From positions 114,540 to 178,539 of the IMG/VR virus record IMGVR_UViG_3300033485_000001: a DNA stretch of 64,000 bases. One strand, given 5' to 3'. This document shows, piece after piece, positions 9,001 through 18,390 of this stretch (the stretch's first letter is position 1; every line of letters starts with the position of its first letter). Under the pieces are notes generated by a model. The model was given only the letters and a program-made list of their open reading frames with translations. It made no database searches and had not been told where the DNA came from. The position numbers and the translations under genes were made by a program. The stretch comes from a virus.

Positions 9001-12000
9001 CTCGGAGTGAACACTGAGAAGGACGGCAACAGCCTGAACCTCGTGCCGCTCACGGACAAGGACGTCCTCTCGATGTCCAACGGCGAGCTCAAGGACGCGG
9101 GCCGCGTCGTGAAGATGAGGACGCTCCAGCCGGAGAAGAACGGCCTCTTCGATCCGAAGATCACAGGCGGGCATGACGGGACCAACTGGTCCCACATCAA
9201 GCTCACCTCACCCATGCCGAACCCCCTGTTCGAGAAAGCCATCATGAGCGTGGCTGGGATCCGTGGTCCGCAGTTCGACAAGATCATAGGTGGCACGGCG
9301 GGTGTGACGAAGGACGGCGCCATCGTCGAGCAGACGGGTGTGAAGGGGGCGACCTACGGACCCGCAGCGATCGATCACTTGCTGGCGAAGGTGGACATCA
9401 AGAAGGACCTCGCGGTGGAGGAGGCACGGATCCAAGGGCTCAAGGGCCAGCTTCAGAACGAGTCGAGGCGCAAGATCAAGTACCTCCGTGCGTTGGACAA
9501 GCTGGGCATGAAGCCGACTGACGCCTACATGATGAAGCACGTTCCGATCCTGCCTCCGAACATGCGGCCCATCGCCGTGCTCGATGACGGGAGCCTCCAG
9601 ACCGATGACCTGAACGAGATCTACAAGCAGCTCGCGATCGTCAACAAGAAGCACGGCGAGTTTCCGGCCAACGCGCCGCAGTCGCTCAAGGCCCCGCTCC
9701 AGGAGGACATCTACGATCACCTGAAGTCCCTCACTGGGCTCGGTGGCACCCTCAACAGGAAGCACCCTGGCATCCTCGACGTCCTCTCAGGACGTGAGGG
9801 ACCGAAGACCAGCTTCGCACAGGACGTTCTGATCAAGCGCAAGCAGGACCTCACCATGAGGTCCACCATCGTCCCGGAGCCGTCCCTCTCGCTGGACGAG
9901 GCGGAGATCCCGAGGAAGGCTGCGAAGGAGATGTACAAGCCCTTCCTGGTCCGGGAGCTGCGCCGCACAGCCGGAGTCACCCCGCTTGCCGCCAAGAAGA
10001 TGATCGACGAGGACGACCCGCTCGCGAACAAGGCGCTGGATCGTGTGGTTCAGGAGCGCCCTGTGCTGCTGAAGCGCGACCCGGTCCTCCACAAGTACGG
10101 CATCCAGGCGTTCAAGCCACGGCTCGTCGAGGGGAAGGCCATCAAGATCCACCCCCTCGTGTGCTCCGGCTTCAACGCCGACTTCGATGGCGACACCATG
10201 AGCGCCTACGTTCCGATCACGGCGGAGGCCGTGAAGGAGGCGGAGCAGATGTTCCCCTCGCGGAACCTCTTCTCCCCGGCCACTGGATCCGTCATGTACA
10301 CCCCCGGCCACGAAGCGCAGGTCGGCCTGTTCATGATGGCCGACGCTGGGAAGTGGACTGGTCAGCGGTTCAAGAGTCAGGCCGAGCTCGAGAGCGCGGT
10401 GAGAGCCGGGAAGGCGACTCAGAACGACGTGGTCATGGTGGGGAACGTCAAGACCACGCTCGGGAGATTGCAGATCAACAGCCACCTCCCAAAGGATCTC
10501 CAGGGAGGGAAACTCCTCACCGATCTGAACTACAGGTTCACGAAGAAGGAACAGGAGAAGCTCTTCAACGGCATGGTCAAGGTCGACCGCGCCGCGTATC
10601 CGTCTTCGATCAACAAGCTGAAGGACCTCGGGAACGAGGCAGCCACGATGGGCAGCTTCAGCTTCGGCCTCGGAGACTTCAAGGTCCACAAGGACATCCG
10701 TGATCCAATCCTGCGAAGCGCGGAGGCAAAGGCGGCCAAGCTGGACCTGTCCAAGAAGGATCAGCTCAACAAGTTCATCGACATCTACGAGGGCGCGACC
10801 AACGAGATCGATGAGAAGCTGAAGCAGCGCATCGCCGACCCCAAGTTCCAGACCAACCTCGTCAAGCTCGAGGTGGCAGCTGGGATCAAGGGAAGGGGTC
10901 TGCGGCAGCTCACGGCAGCCCCAGTTCTCTTCGTAGACGGCAAGGGCGAGGTGGTCACCAGCCCCGTGAAGAAGTCCTACGCAGAGGGCCTCTCGTCAGG
11001 GGACTACTGGGCGGCGACCAGCGGCGGCAGGAAGGGTGCGATCCAGAAGGTCCAGTCGGTCAGTGAGCCGGGCTACCTGACGAAGCAGATGGCCAACAGC
11101 ACCCTCGACATGCTCGTGGCCGCCAACGACTGCGGCACCAGCCGAGGCGTGAACCTGCACGTGGACGAGCCTGATGTGATCGGCAGGTACACCGTCGCGG
11201 ACCTGAAGCTCCAGAAGGGAATCATCCCGGCGAACACCCTCGTCACGCCGGAGATCCTGAGCCGTATCAAGAACGCCAAGATCGACAAGGTCGTGGTCCG
11301 ATCTCCGATGCGCTGTGTCCACGGTAAGGGTGTCTGTGCGAAGTGCATGGGGCTCAACGAGAACGGGAAGCTCAACGATCTGGGAACCAACGTGGGCATC
11401 CTGGCCACCCAGTCCATCGGCGAGCGCGGCACGCAGCTTGCCATGAAGGCGTTCCACTCAGGCGGCGTCTACGAGGGCAGGGAAGCAGCCACGAAGTCCA
11501 TTGCAGCGGGTGGCCTCGACCGAGCCGGCAACATCCTGAACCTCCCGCAGAAGCTCAAGGGATCAGCGATCCTCTCGACCACTGTCGGTCGGGTGAACAA
11601 GATCGAGAAGGATCCCGCCGGCGGTGTTCGAGTCTCCATCGGGGACAAGGAGCACTACGTCCCCGCCGACCGAGCGATGCTCGACAAGGTTCGCGTGGGG
11701 TACCAGGTCAAGAAGGGCGATCCGATTACCAACGGCCCCGTCAACCCACACGAGCTGCTCCCGCTCACCAACATGAGCAAGGTGCAGGGTCACCTGGCGG
11801 GGGAACTCCATTCCATCTACGGGCAGTACGGCATCAAGCGGAGGCACTCCGAGCTCATGGTGCGGGCGCTCTCGAACGTGACCAAGGTCGAGAACCCCGG
11901 CGGCAACCCAGACCTCCTGCCCGGAGACTTCACGAGCACGAGTCAGGTCTACGAGTGGAACAAGCAGAACCCGAAGACCAAGCCCGTGGTTCACACCCCA

Positions 12001-12204
12001 GTTCTGCGCGGTGTGAAGACGATCCCCCTCGACATCCAAGAGGACTGGATGGCTCGATTGAACCACGAGCACTTGAAGAGTACGCTTGTGGAGGCGGCAC
12101 AGCAGGGATGGCAAAGCAACCTCCACGGCATGCACCCGATCCCGCCCCTCATGCATGGGGCCGAGTTCGGAAAGGGTACCAAGGACAAGCCCTGGGCCTA
12201 CTGA
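6043..12204 (+). CDS. rpoBC: Fused beta/beta-prime multisubunit (two-barrel) DNA-directed RNA polymerase
   Basis: Colinear beta motifs (EQTNPL, DPSHFG, YMPWRGYNFEDG, GDKLVGRHGNKG, NPIGTPGRMNIGQ) then beta-prime motifs (LPPNMRP, FNADFDGD at 10171-10194, GGRKG...GYLTK, QSIGERGTQL). Likely start is GTG 6043 (GGAGG at 6032); the ORF is open from 6007. Confidence 0.95.
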   Translation: MARLDPAEGFEILKSHVKDAISSSFPQEGAKNVLKLESLDIPDKLSVSNVGEQKAAKMNGRTWGVPVHATLVLEDKKTGKVLDRSKIKIATLPKVTNRYSYIVEGSEYQVDNQWRLKPGVYTKVQQNGELDSFFNIQGQPLHLGFDPKERSFVMKHGGAQPPLYPIMRALGHSDGDLEKAWGKDILNANMTDSRGKVLKVDKHAIAFAKRLVPEEEITTLEKASEVIKQKFAESRLHPDVTSRTLGKAIDKITPEAMLRSSQRLLGVARGTEKPDVRDSLMFKEFLSTEDFIGERIKQSSPVIQRRIGNNIDRRDKIRDIVGMDVFQRPVKEFFSKVSLASTPEQTNPLKMISGQLRTTIAGEGGVKDANRITEDAKLVDPSHFGVLDPLHTPESVKTGVNLQLALGTRKVGTRVEIPLIHARTGKVTYLDPGKINDAMVALPDSVKRVNGKFSPKEGSTVLVSGPGNELMRVPMKDVEYVVPRSSQMFSIATNMVPFISSDSPNRATMAGRHMEQAIPLVNPEAPLVQSVLGKKSFDELVGSYASHAAPADGTVLRVEKDAIHIKGSDKKTHIVHTYDHYPTNDKKGMIHSNSLVKAGDKVTKGQVVADTNFTKNGVYAPGKNLQVAYMPWRGYNFEDGVVISETAAQKLTSEHLHKKGLSTKEAQLLGTKKYQAYYQDRLNKEQAAKLDPDGVVKPGMRVKPGDTLIAALAEQQLTTEEQKLKLLHKSLVRPFKDKAITWDEDVEGEVIEVNKRGTRVDVHVKTAEPMDVGDKLVGRHGNKGIVTMILPDHEMPKTKDGKPIEVIMNPIGTPGRMNIGQVLETAAAKIAQKTGQPFKVTNFEVENNLEFVENELKKHGLTDKESIIDPKTGREIPNIQVGPQYILKMEHQVGKKMAARSRDSYDRNLVPKGGGPHGAQALGSLGIYSMLAHGAKANIREMQTYKSDKSQGGDNDELWSALQAGEMLPPPRTTFAYNKFNSYLKALGVNTEKDGNSLNLVPLTDKDVLSMSNGELKDAGRVVKMRTLQPEKNGLFDPKITGGHDGTNWSHIKLTSPMPNPLFEKAIMSVAGIRGPQFDKIIGGTAGVTKDGAIVEQTGVKGATYGPAAIDHLLAKVDIKKDLAVEEARIQGLKGQLQNESRRKIKYLRALDKLGMKPTDAYMMKHVPILPPNMRPIAVLDDGSLQTDDLNEIYKQLAIVNKKHGEFPANAPQSLKAPLQEDIYDHLKSLTGLGGTLNRKHPGILDVLSGREGPKTSFAQDVLIKRKQDLTMRSTIVPEPSLSLDEAEIPRKAAKEMYKPFLVRELRRTAGVTPLAAKKMIDEDDPLANKALDRVVQERPVLLKRDPVLHKYGIQAFKPRLVEGKAIKIHPLVCSGFNADFDGDTMSAYVPITAEAVKEAEQMFPSRNLFSPATGSVMYTPGHEAQVGLFMMADAGKWTGQRFKSQAELESAVRAGKATQNDVVMVGNVKTTLGRLQINSHLPKDLQGGKLLTDLNYRFTKKEQEKLFNGMVKVDRAAYPSSINKLKDLGNEAATMGSFSFGLGDFKVHKDIRDPILRSAEAKAAKLDLSKKDQLNKFIDIYEGATNEIDEKLKQRIADPKFQTNLVKLEVAAGIKGRGLRQLTAAPVLFVDGKGEVVTSPVKKSYAEGLSSGDYWAATSGGRKGAIQKVQSVSEPGYLTKQMANSTLDMLVAANDCGTSRGVNLHVDEPDVIGRYTVADLKLQKGIIPANTLVTPEILSRIKNAKIDKVVVRSPMRCVHGKGVCAKCMGLNENGKLNDLGTNVGILATQSIGERGTQLAMKAFHSGGVYEGREAATKSIAAGGLDRAGNILNLPQKLKGSAILSTTVGRVNKIEKDPAGGVRVSIGDKEHYVPADRAMLDKVRVGYQVKKGDPITNGPVNPHELLPLTNMSKVQGHLAGELHSIYGQYGIKRRHSELMVRALSNVTKVENPGGNPDLLPGDFTSTSQVYEWNKQNPKTKPVVHTPVLRGVKTIPLDIQEDWMARLNHEHLKSTLVEAAQQGWQSNLHGMHPIPPLMHGAEFGKGTKDKPWAY

Positions 12205-12213
12205 GGTAAGATC

Positions 12214-12600
12214 ATGATGAGCGAGATCGACGAGGTCAGGTACGGTGCCTTCTTTGACGAGCTGGGTCAGATCGAGAAGGCGGGCATCCTCACGAAGTTC
12301 GCGGCTGGGCCTGGGTTCTTCGGCCAGCTCTGGCGGGGCGGAAAGCAGCTGCTCACCCAACCGACCCACGCCATCAAGGGGATTCAGAAGGCATACGGTC
12401 GGGGCTCGCTGCTCCAGGAAGCTACTGGAGGGGGCAGGCTTCGGCAGTTCGGCGGTGGCCTCAAGGAGGTGTGGAAGACACCGCAGGGCAAGGCCGCCAT
12501 CGTCGGAGGTCTCGGAGTCGCCGGCGGTCTGACTGGGGCCGGGTACATGGCCGGCAGAGGCGGCGGTGGCCAGCAGAGCCAGAACGTCTACGTGAGGTAG
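12214..12600 (+). CDS. Small protein with FFDELGQIEKAG tag and C-terminal glycine-zipper helix
   Basis: Tag motif at residues 11-24; AAIVGGLGVAGGLTGAGYMAG. Confidence 0.75.
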   Translation: MMSEIDEVRYGAFFDELGQIEKAGILTKFAAGPGFFGQLWRGGKQLLTQPTHAIKGIQKAYGRGSLLQEATGGGRLRQFGGGLKEVWKTPQGKAAIVGGLGVAGGLTGAGYMAGRGGGGQQSQNVYVR

Positions 12601-12603
12601 CGC

Positions 12604-13797
12604 GTGGCGCGATCACATCGCAACTCGATGGTCCAGCGGGGCGTGAACCCCGTACTGATCGAAGATGGCCGGATCATCAACGTCGACATGGCCCACTGGA
12701 CCGTCGACGTCAGAACCATGCACTCGCAACGGCAGCTCCTCGACATGCAGGTCGGAGCGCCCTACCTGCACTTCACGGCAGGCGAGGGCATCTACGCGAT
12801 GCCCGAGGTTGGCGCCAAGGTCAAGACGTGCAGCCCCAGCGACGGATCACCGTTCATCCTCTGCTTCATCACAGCCTTCGAGCGCGAGGGACAGCCTGCG
12901 TCCGACGAGGGACAGACCACGACACGTCCCACGACGGAGACCTCGAGCGAGGAGGGCGACGCCCCGTCCGAGGTGACGTTCCGTGCTGGCCGCCCGAAGC
13001 TCCAGCAGGGCGACATCATGATGCGCTGCCGAGACGGGAACCAGATCTGGCTCCATCGTGGCGGCGTCGTCGAGATCGGAGCTACCTGGATCGCCAAGCG
13101 TTACTACATCCCGCTCCTCAACACGGTCCGGGACATCGCCGAGAATTGGGAGGCGCTGACCATCGCTGGAGACATGATGTGGCACGTCGAGCGCGCCGAC
13201 TCGAGTCAGTCCAGCGAGTCACGTCAGGACGAGGCGACCTTCACCCTCATGGCGAAGAACTTCGCCCAGGATCAGTACGCCACCATCCTCGTCCGCGCTG
13301 GTCACGTCGATGACACAGGGCGGTTCAGAATGATCGTGGCCCCCAACCTCATCGACACCAGGACCGGGGAGGTTCGCGGTGAGGCGGTCTACACGATGGA
13401 CATCGATGAGGAGGGCAACGTCGACATCACCGTGAAGAAGGATGTCACGATCACCATCGAGGGCGAGCTGTCCCAGACCGTCAACGGAGACGCCGACTAC
13501 GTTTACGGGTCGAATCGGACGATAAGCGTGGCTGGCAACTCCGAGGAGACCGTCACCGGCAGCCACAGGTTCGAGGCAGCCAGCAGCGAGGAGAGGGTCG
13601 ACGGAACCAAGACGATCGCGTCTCCGTCGATCAAGCTGGGCAGCTCGGGTGCTCCGTACAAGGTTCTCCTTGGGACCCCGGCGGCGCTCGCGTTCTTCGC
13701 TGGCCACAAGCACACCGTGATCGGCAGCGAGACTTCCATCCCGGTGACTCCGGTGTTTCCCAATCAGGTCTCTGCTCGAAAGGTGTTTGGTGAGTGA
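12604..13797 (+). CDS. Baseplate central spike (gp5/gpV/VgrG-like)
   Basis: N-terminal OB-fold-like GRIINVD...TVDV; C-terminal beta-helix-like repeats (DVTITIEGELSQTVNG...); terminal HKH motif. Confidence 0.75.
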   Translation: MARSHRNSMVQRGVNPVLIEDGRIINVDMAHWTVDVRTMHSQRQLLDMQVGAPYLHFTAGEGIYAMPEVGAKVKTCSPSDGSPFILCFITAFEREGQPASDEGQTTTRPTTETSSEEGDAPSEVTFRAGRPKLQQGDIMMRCRDGNQIWLHRGGVVEIGATWIAKRYYIPLLNTVRDIAENWEALTIAGDMMWHVERADSSQSSESRQDEATFTLMAKNFAQDQYATILVRAGHVDDTGRFRMIVAPNLIDTRTGEVRGEAVYTMDIDEEGNVDITVKKDVTITIEGELSQTVNGDADYVYGSNRTISVAGNSEETVTGSHRFEAASSEERVDGTKTIASPSIKLGSSGAPYKVLLGTPAALAFFAGHKHTVIGSETSIPVTPVFPNQVSARKVFGE

Positions 13798-14084
13798 TCG
13801 TGTCGCTGAGTGCTACCAGATTGGAGCAGCGCATCATCAGCATCTTCCGGGTGACCGCCCGTTCGCTGTATCCTGATGTAGTGAAGAGCGTGTCCGTCCG
13901 CCAGGTCCCGAAGAGCGACGGGACCGTCGATGTGGAGCTGACGGAACACCGAGGTCCGCTCGAGGTGGATGAGAGGTACATGATTCCACTGGCTAGGGCG
14001 ATTGCTCAGGCCGTGGTAGAAGAGATCAAGTCAGGGGCCGAGGTGGAGGACACCGTGGCACTCCAGACCTGGAGGATCAAATGA
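13794..14084 (+). CDS. Hypothetical protein
   Basis: ORF overlaps both neighbours by 4 nt (translational coupling). Confidence 0.6.
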   Translation: MIVSLSATRLEQRIISIFRVTARSLYPDVVKSVSVRQVPKSDGTVDVELTEHRGPLEVDERYMIPLARAIAQAVVEEIKSGAEVEDTVALQTWRIK

Positions 14085-16150
14085 GCGACGTTCCGCTGTT
14101 CTTCGAGGTGAAGACGCCGACCATCGAGAAGACTGCCTTCGAGGCCAAGCTCTCCGAGAACGCCGACACCTGGCCGAGGGAGGTGCTCGACGAGCTGCTG
14201 AAGCAGCATCCCTACATGGGCATCTACGACGTCAGCCCGATCATGACCGAGGTGAACGGCGATCGGGGGATCGGCATCGGCTTCTTCCAGGTGAGCAACA
14301 CCTCTGCCACCGCCGCCCTCGGTCCGGGCGGTGAGGCGCTGCGTGCCATGCAGGGCGTCAAGACCGTCCGCATCCCGATCATCATCAAGGACACCAAGCT
14401 GTCCCCCCTCGACGTGATGATGCAGTCGGACGGCAAGGCGTTTCCGCTCAACGAGCGGAGGATGCGTGAGGCCCTGCATCGCCCGCAGCTCTTCGACGCG
14501 GTGAAGAAGTCCCCCGGCGATCAGTCGCTGGTGGAGAGCCTCTACCCACCGACCGCCCGTCAGCGCGGCATCCAGGCTGGTCAGGTCGTGGATGCTCCGC
14601 AGATGAAGATCGGCTCGGCCAAGTCGGAGCTGCTCCTTCAGGCCATCGCCCCCTCGGTGCTTCAGGGCGACCTCGACAAGGTGGCCTCCGCGCTGGAGAG
14701 CGACGAGGACCTCACGAGGGCGCTGGTCCACAACCCCTACACCAGGGAGGCCCTTCGGTTCATCGGCACCCTCGAGGCCACGACCGCAGAGGACGTCGCC
14801 AAGGTGGCATCCAAGATCTCCAGGCCCGACATCATCCAGGTCAGCCGGGACGGCGAGGTCTACCACCTGAAGATGGCGAACAGCCAGGACTTCAGCCCGG
14901 AGGTCGTCGAGGCGGATCGTCCCACCATGGTGGACCTCGCCGGCGAGGACCTCGTGCGGAAGGCGGACAAGGACGGCGCCGTCACCGTCAGCACCGACCC
15001 CGTCGTCCGGGACACGCTGGAGGACGAGGTGGCCGAGGTGGTGACCCGCTTCGGCGAGTACCGCGTCAAGACCTCGGACGGCAAGGAGCTCATGGGCTGG
15101 GTCTTCCCGACTGTGCTGGACTTCGATGGGACCGCGCTCCCCATGCAGCTCTTCACGAACGGGAGCAACTCCGCCGTTCAGCCGCAGATCGCAGGCAGCC
15201 TGGTCGGCAAGAGCTCGAACATCATCCGGGGCAAGCCCGAGGGCTACGGCTTCTTCTACCGGGTCACGGCGAGCGGCAGCGTCCTCGCCTTCCTGCCGGT
15301 GGAGGTCAAGTCGAAGTTCGCGGAGTCGGGTGGCGAGGGCTACCTGGTCCGGACCATGATGGGTGGGGCCGCGCGAATCATGTTCGCGCCCGGAAGCCGG
15401 GAGATCATCAAGACCGGACCCGAGGAGTTCACGCTGCCTGCCGACGTGCGGTGGGCTCCGCTCGGCGATGCGGTCCCGCTCATGGAGGATCCAGGCCAGT
15501 TCGCCAAGGTGGCCTACCTGAAGGACATCCACAACGTGGTCAAGATCGTCTCGGACAGGTCCACCTGGTCCTTCAAGAGCGGCCCCGGTCTCAACAAGGT
15601 GGCCTACCAGTGGCGCGAGGGACTGAGCGGCGAGAACGCCATGTTCATGGCCTGCACCTTCGGCATGGATCCGGGGACGGCCGCCAGGGCGCTCGTGAAG
15701 GCGGCCAAGGCCGGCTACTCCGAGGTGAAGGGCTGCCGCGAGATCCACATCCACCAGGAGAAGCTGGCCTCCGCTCGGCAGGAAGCAGCGCAGCTGATGC
15801 GCGAGGTGCCGAAGAAGCACCTGCTCCTCAAGGAGGCGGCCGGGCTCGACGACATGACCACCGTGGATCACATCCTCTCCCTGGGCTTCCTCAACCCAGA
15901 GAACCTCCGCACCTTCGTCAACTACCTCCCCGACCTGGACGAGACGGTGAGCAAGCTCGCCGAGCTGCTCGTGGCGGCGAGGACGGGCATGAAGGACGTG
16001 CCGGAGGACAGCATCAAGAGCGCGATGGAGCGCCTGGATGAGGTGATCATCGGTCTGAAGGAGCTGCTGCATCGGGAGTCCATCAGCAAGACCAGTGCGG
16101 CCAGGCGTGACGCCTTGACCGAGAAGCTCCTCGGTATGGCCGGGGGATGA
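14081..16150 (+). CDS. Large hypothetical head-associated protein with many K-x-A motifs
   Basis: EKTAF, DKVAS, AKVAS, AKVAY, EKLAS, LKEAA; strong GC3 bias. Confidence 0.75.
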   Translation: MSDVPLFFEVKTPTIEKTAFEAKLSENADTWPREVLDELLKQHPYMGIYDVSPIMTEVNGDRGIGIGFFQVSNTSATAALGPGGEALRAMQGVKTVRIPIIIKDTKLSPLDVMMQSDGKAFPLNERRMREALHRPQLFDAVKKSPGDQSLVESLYPPTARQRGIQAGQVVDAPQMKIGSAKSELLLQAIAPSVLQGDLDKVASALESDEDLTRALVHNPYTREALRFIGTLEATTAEDVAKVASKISRPDIIQVSRDGEVYHLKMANSQDFSPEVVEADRPTMVDLAGEDLVRKADKDGAVTVSTDPVVRDTLEDEVAEVVTRFGEYRVKTSDGKELMGWVFPTVLDFDGTALPMQLFTNGSNSAVQPQIAGSLVGKSSNIIRGKPEGYGFFYRVTASGSVLAFLPVEVKSKFAESGGEGYLVRTMMGGAARIMFAPGSREIIKTGPEEFTLPADVRWAPLGDAVPLMEDPGQFAKVAYLKDIHNVVKIVSDRSTWSFKSGPGLNKVAYQWREGLSGENAMFMACTFGMDPGTAARALVKAAKAGYSEVKGCREIHIHQEKLASARQEAAQLMREVPKKHLLLKEAAGLDDMTTVDHILSLGFLNPENLRTFVNYLPDLDETVSKLAELLVAARTGMKDVPEDSIKSAMERLDEVIIGLKELLHRESISKTSAARRDALTEKLLGMAGG

Positions 16151-16153
16151 TGC

Positions 16154-17032
16154 GTGATCTCCCACCCAGCCATCTTCTGGGCCAAGTTCTACCTCTCTCG
16201 TAGATCGCACACATACGACGGGGTGGCCCAGCTTCTCTCCGTCATCGGGCTGGCAGGGCTCAACACCCCCGAGCTCGAGCAGATCGACAAGGCGATGAAC
16301 TACCCGACGCCGTTCACGCCGAAGAACCTTCGGGATCGCCCAAGCCAGACCTTCTTGAGGTACGAGCGGATCTATGATGCCTGGCATCAGGGTGAGGACA
16401 TGCGCAAGGCGTTGGCCGTCCTGAACACGGCCAAGCTGCGAGATCTGGTGGAGACCTACATCCTGTCACCGATCAAGCCGGAGCAGGCTGTTAGGAAGAT
16501 CAATCGACTGTTCCCCGAAGCCAACCTCACGGTGAGGGCCTACGACCTCTTCCAGCACTTCTTCTGGAATCGTGAGGGGATGGGCGGCTCGGAGTGGGGC
16601 AAGTTCGTAGGTGATCGTGATGCGTCGAACAAGGAATGGCTTCAGCTTGCGGTAGATGTGCGGGGGCCTGGTGGAGTCCAGGCCCTCTTGTGGAAGACGA
16701 ACACGGGACCCCTGAAAGGCATCGAGGCGAACAAGGCGTTCACGGACGTCCGCAACATCGCGTACATGTGCATCCAACAGATCGGGATGCAGACCCCGTC
16801 CAAGTACCACTCGGAGATGATGCTCAACTACGCCAGGGCGATGAAGCTGGCACAGGAAGGGATCGACGCGAGCTCCGATGCGGTGCGGGATGTGGTGCAG
16901 GCATTCGGCTCCTTCAAGATGCGACACGCCGAGTTGACCACACCGTCGGTGCAGCAGTTGACGGGCGGCAACTTCTCCGAGGCCGAGGGAGGTTCCGATA
17001 CGGAAGGAGTGCTGGACTATGGGGATGTTTGA
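16154..17032 (+). CDS. Hypothetical alpha-helical protein
   Basis: 292-aa ORF in the operon; no recognised motif. Confidence 0.7.
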   Translation: MISHPAIFWAKFYLSRRSHTYDGVAQLLSVIGLAGLNTPELEQIDKAMNYPTPFTPKNLRDRPSQTFLRYERIYDAWHQGEDMRKALAVLNTAKLRDLVETYILSPIKPEQAVRKINRLFPEANLTVRAYDLFQHFFWNREGMGGSEWGKFVGDRDASNKEWLQLAVDVRGPGGVQALLWKTNTGPLKGIEANKAFTDVRNIAYMCIQQIGMQTPSKYHSEMMLNYARAMKLAQEGIDASSDAVRDVVQAFGSFKMRHAELTTPSVQQLTGGNFSEAEGGSDTEGVLDYGDV

Positions 17033-17426
17033 CCAGAGGGGGAACCCCACTGATCTCGTCAAGGAGCACGGTGGTGAAGCTCGTGAGATGTTCCAGAAGA
17101 ACTACTTCGGCCAGGGTGCCCCGAACATCCGGCCTGTGGACATGAAGCACGTCGAGCTCCCGAACTTCATCGCCGAGTTCGTCGTGAAGGGTGAGGATCT
17201 GATCCTCCACTTCTACAAGAACGACGACAAGGGCTGGCCGTCGGACTTCAGGAGCCGGATGTGGAACGCGCTCATGGAGACCTTCAAGCTCCAGGACCAC
17301 CAGGACCGCATCGTGATCGAGTGGATCCCGGAGCTGTTCAGCTGGTGCGTCACCGTCAAGAAGATGGCGATCGTCTCGGCTCCGCCCGATGACGTTGTCC
17401 TCACCGCCCTCCAGCGCGTAGGATAG
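17019..17426 (+). CDS. Hypothetical protein
   Basis: ORF with typical codon usage, overlapping the upstream gene. Confidence 0.65.
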   Translation: MGMFDQRGNPTDLVKEHGGEAREMFQKNYFGQGAPNIRPVDMKHVELPNFIAEFVVKGEDLILHFYKNDDKGWPSDFRSRMWNALMETFKLQDHQDRIVIEWIPELFSWCVTVKKMAIVSAPPDDVVLTALQRVG

Positions 17427-17431
17427 ATCCG

Positions 17432-17707
17432 ATGGGAGAGACGTCACCTACGACAGATGCACGGGCGTTCGCGCAGGCGAACGACGAGATCACCCGTCAG
17501 CAGCGGCGGTCTCGTCAACCACAGGAGAAGCAGTCCCAGATCGGAGGCTCGCCGTTCTCGGCTGTGAGCGGGAACACGCCTACCGTACAGGCGACTCCTC
17601 CATCGAACGCACCCTCGGTCCCCAACGCCTCCGCGACCGTCACGAAGGTGGGGCAGGTGATGTTCTCCGCGTTTGCTGATGAGCTCAAGCAGATCATCAG
17701 GAGGTAG
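17432..17707 (+). CDS. Small protein with a C-terminal FSAFADELKQII tag
   Basis: The shared FxDELxK helix lies at the extreme C-terminus. Confidence 0.65.
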   Translation: MGETSPTTDARAFAQANDEITRQQRRSRQPQEKQSQIGGSPFSAVSGNTPTVQATPPSNAPSVPNASATVTKVGQVMFSAFADELKQIIRR

Positions 17708-17710
17708 ATC

Positions 17711-18373
17711 ATGCCAGCGTGGATCCACGACCGTGCGATGTCGATGAAGAAGAGCATGGAGAAGACCTACGGCCCCGAGAAGGCCAAGCAGGTCGCCTTC
17801 GCCGTCGCCACGCAGCAGGCGCACAAGGTGGGCAAGAGTCCCAAGACGCACGTCTCCAAGGAGACGGGGGAGCGAGAACGATTCGGCACCCCTGAAGGTC
17901 GGGCAGAGGCCAAGGCCAAGTTCGACAAGCCCAAGAGCGAGTACAAGAAGACTGCCTCTGCGATCATGTTCGACGGCTTCGCCGATGAGCTGTCGAAGAT
18001 TGCGGCTGCGAAGTGGCGAGAGGTTCTGAGAGCTGGCGGTGAGGCAGCCCAGAGGCTCAGGAGGGCGGGGGCTGTCTCCTCCAAATCCAGAGTTGTTCAC
18101 GGTGCCTTGTTCGACGATGCCGCTGCCATCAACCCGCAGCTTCACATGCCGGGGGCTGTCCCGTCCAAGGTTCCGGGCATGATGTCCCTGTTGCAGAAGC
18201 TGCCTGCCGCTGAGCGCGCGAGGGGTGTGCGGATGATGCGGTCGATGGCGACCAGTTCTCCGACAGCGTCCCACTCTCTACCCTGGCCCAGCGGCACGCC
18301 GGCTCAACTTGCCCAGAGCATGGTCCCTGAGTCGAGTGTCGTTGCTCGGCGTGTGGTGAATGTCGGCGGCTGA
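17711..18373 (+). CDS. Basic protein with internal FDGFADELSKIAAAKWR tag
   Basis: Motif at 17966-18019; also KTAS. Confidence 0.7.
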   Translation: MPAWIHDRAMSMKKSMEKTYGPEKAKQVAFAVATQQAHKVGKSPKTHVSKETGERERFGTPEGRAEAKAKFDKPKSEYKKTASAIMFDGFADELSKIAAAKWREVLRAGGEAAQRLRRAGAVSSKSRVVHGALFDDAAAINPQLHMPGAVPSKVPGMMSLLQKLPAAERARGVRMMRSMATSSPTASHSLPWPSGTPAQLAQSMVPESSVVARRVVNVGG

Positions 18374-18390
18374 TCAGAAAGGTACTTGAA

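Noticed and set aside
6043-12204. Host chromosomal rpoBC locus
   Set aside because: No rplK/rplA/rplJ/rplL/rpsL neighbours, strongly divergent and shortened sequence, and flanked by virion genes.
14006-16387. Very long antisense or alternative-frame ORFs (e.g. 3321-5261, 14006-16387, 31890-33425, 34628-36622, 40178-42778)
   Set aside because: Shadow ORFs of high-GC3 genes: no RBS, non-protein-like composition, and full overlap with well-supported genes.
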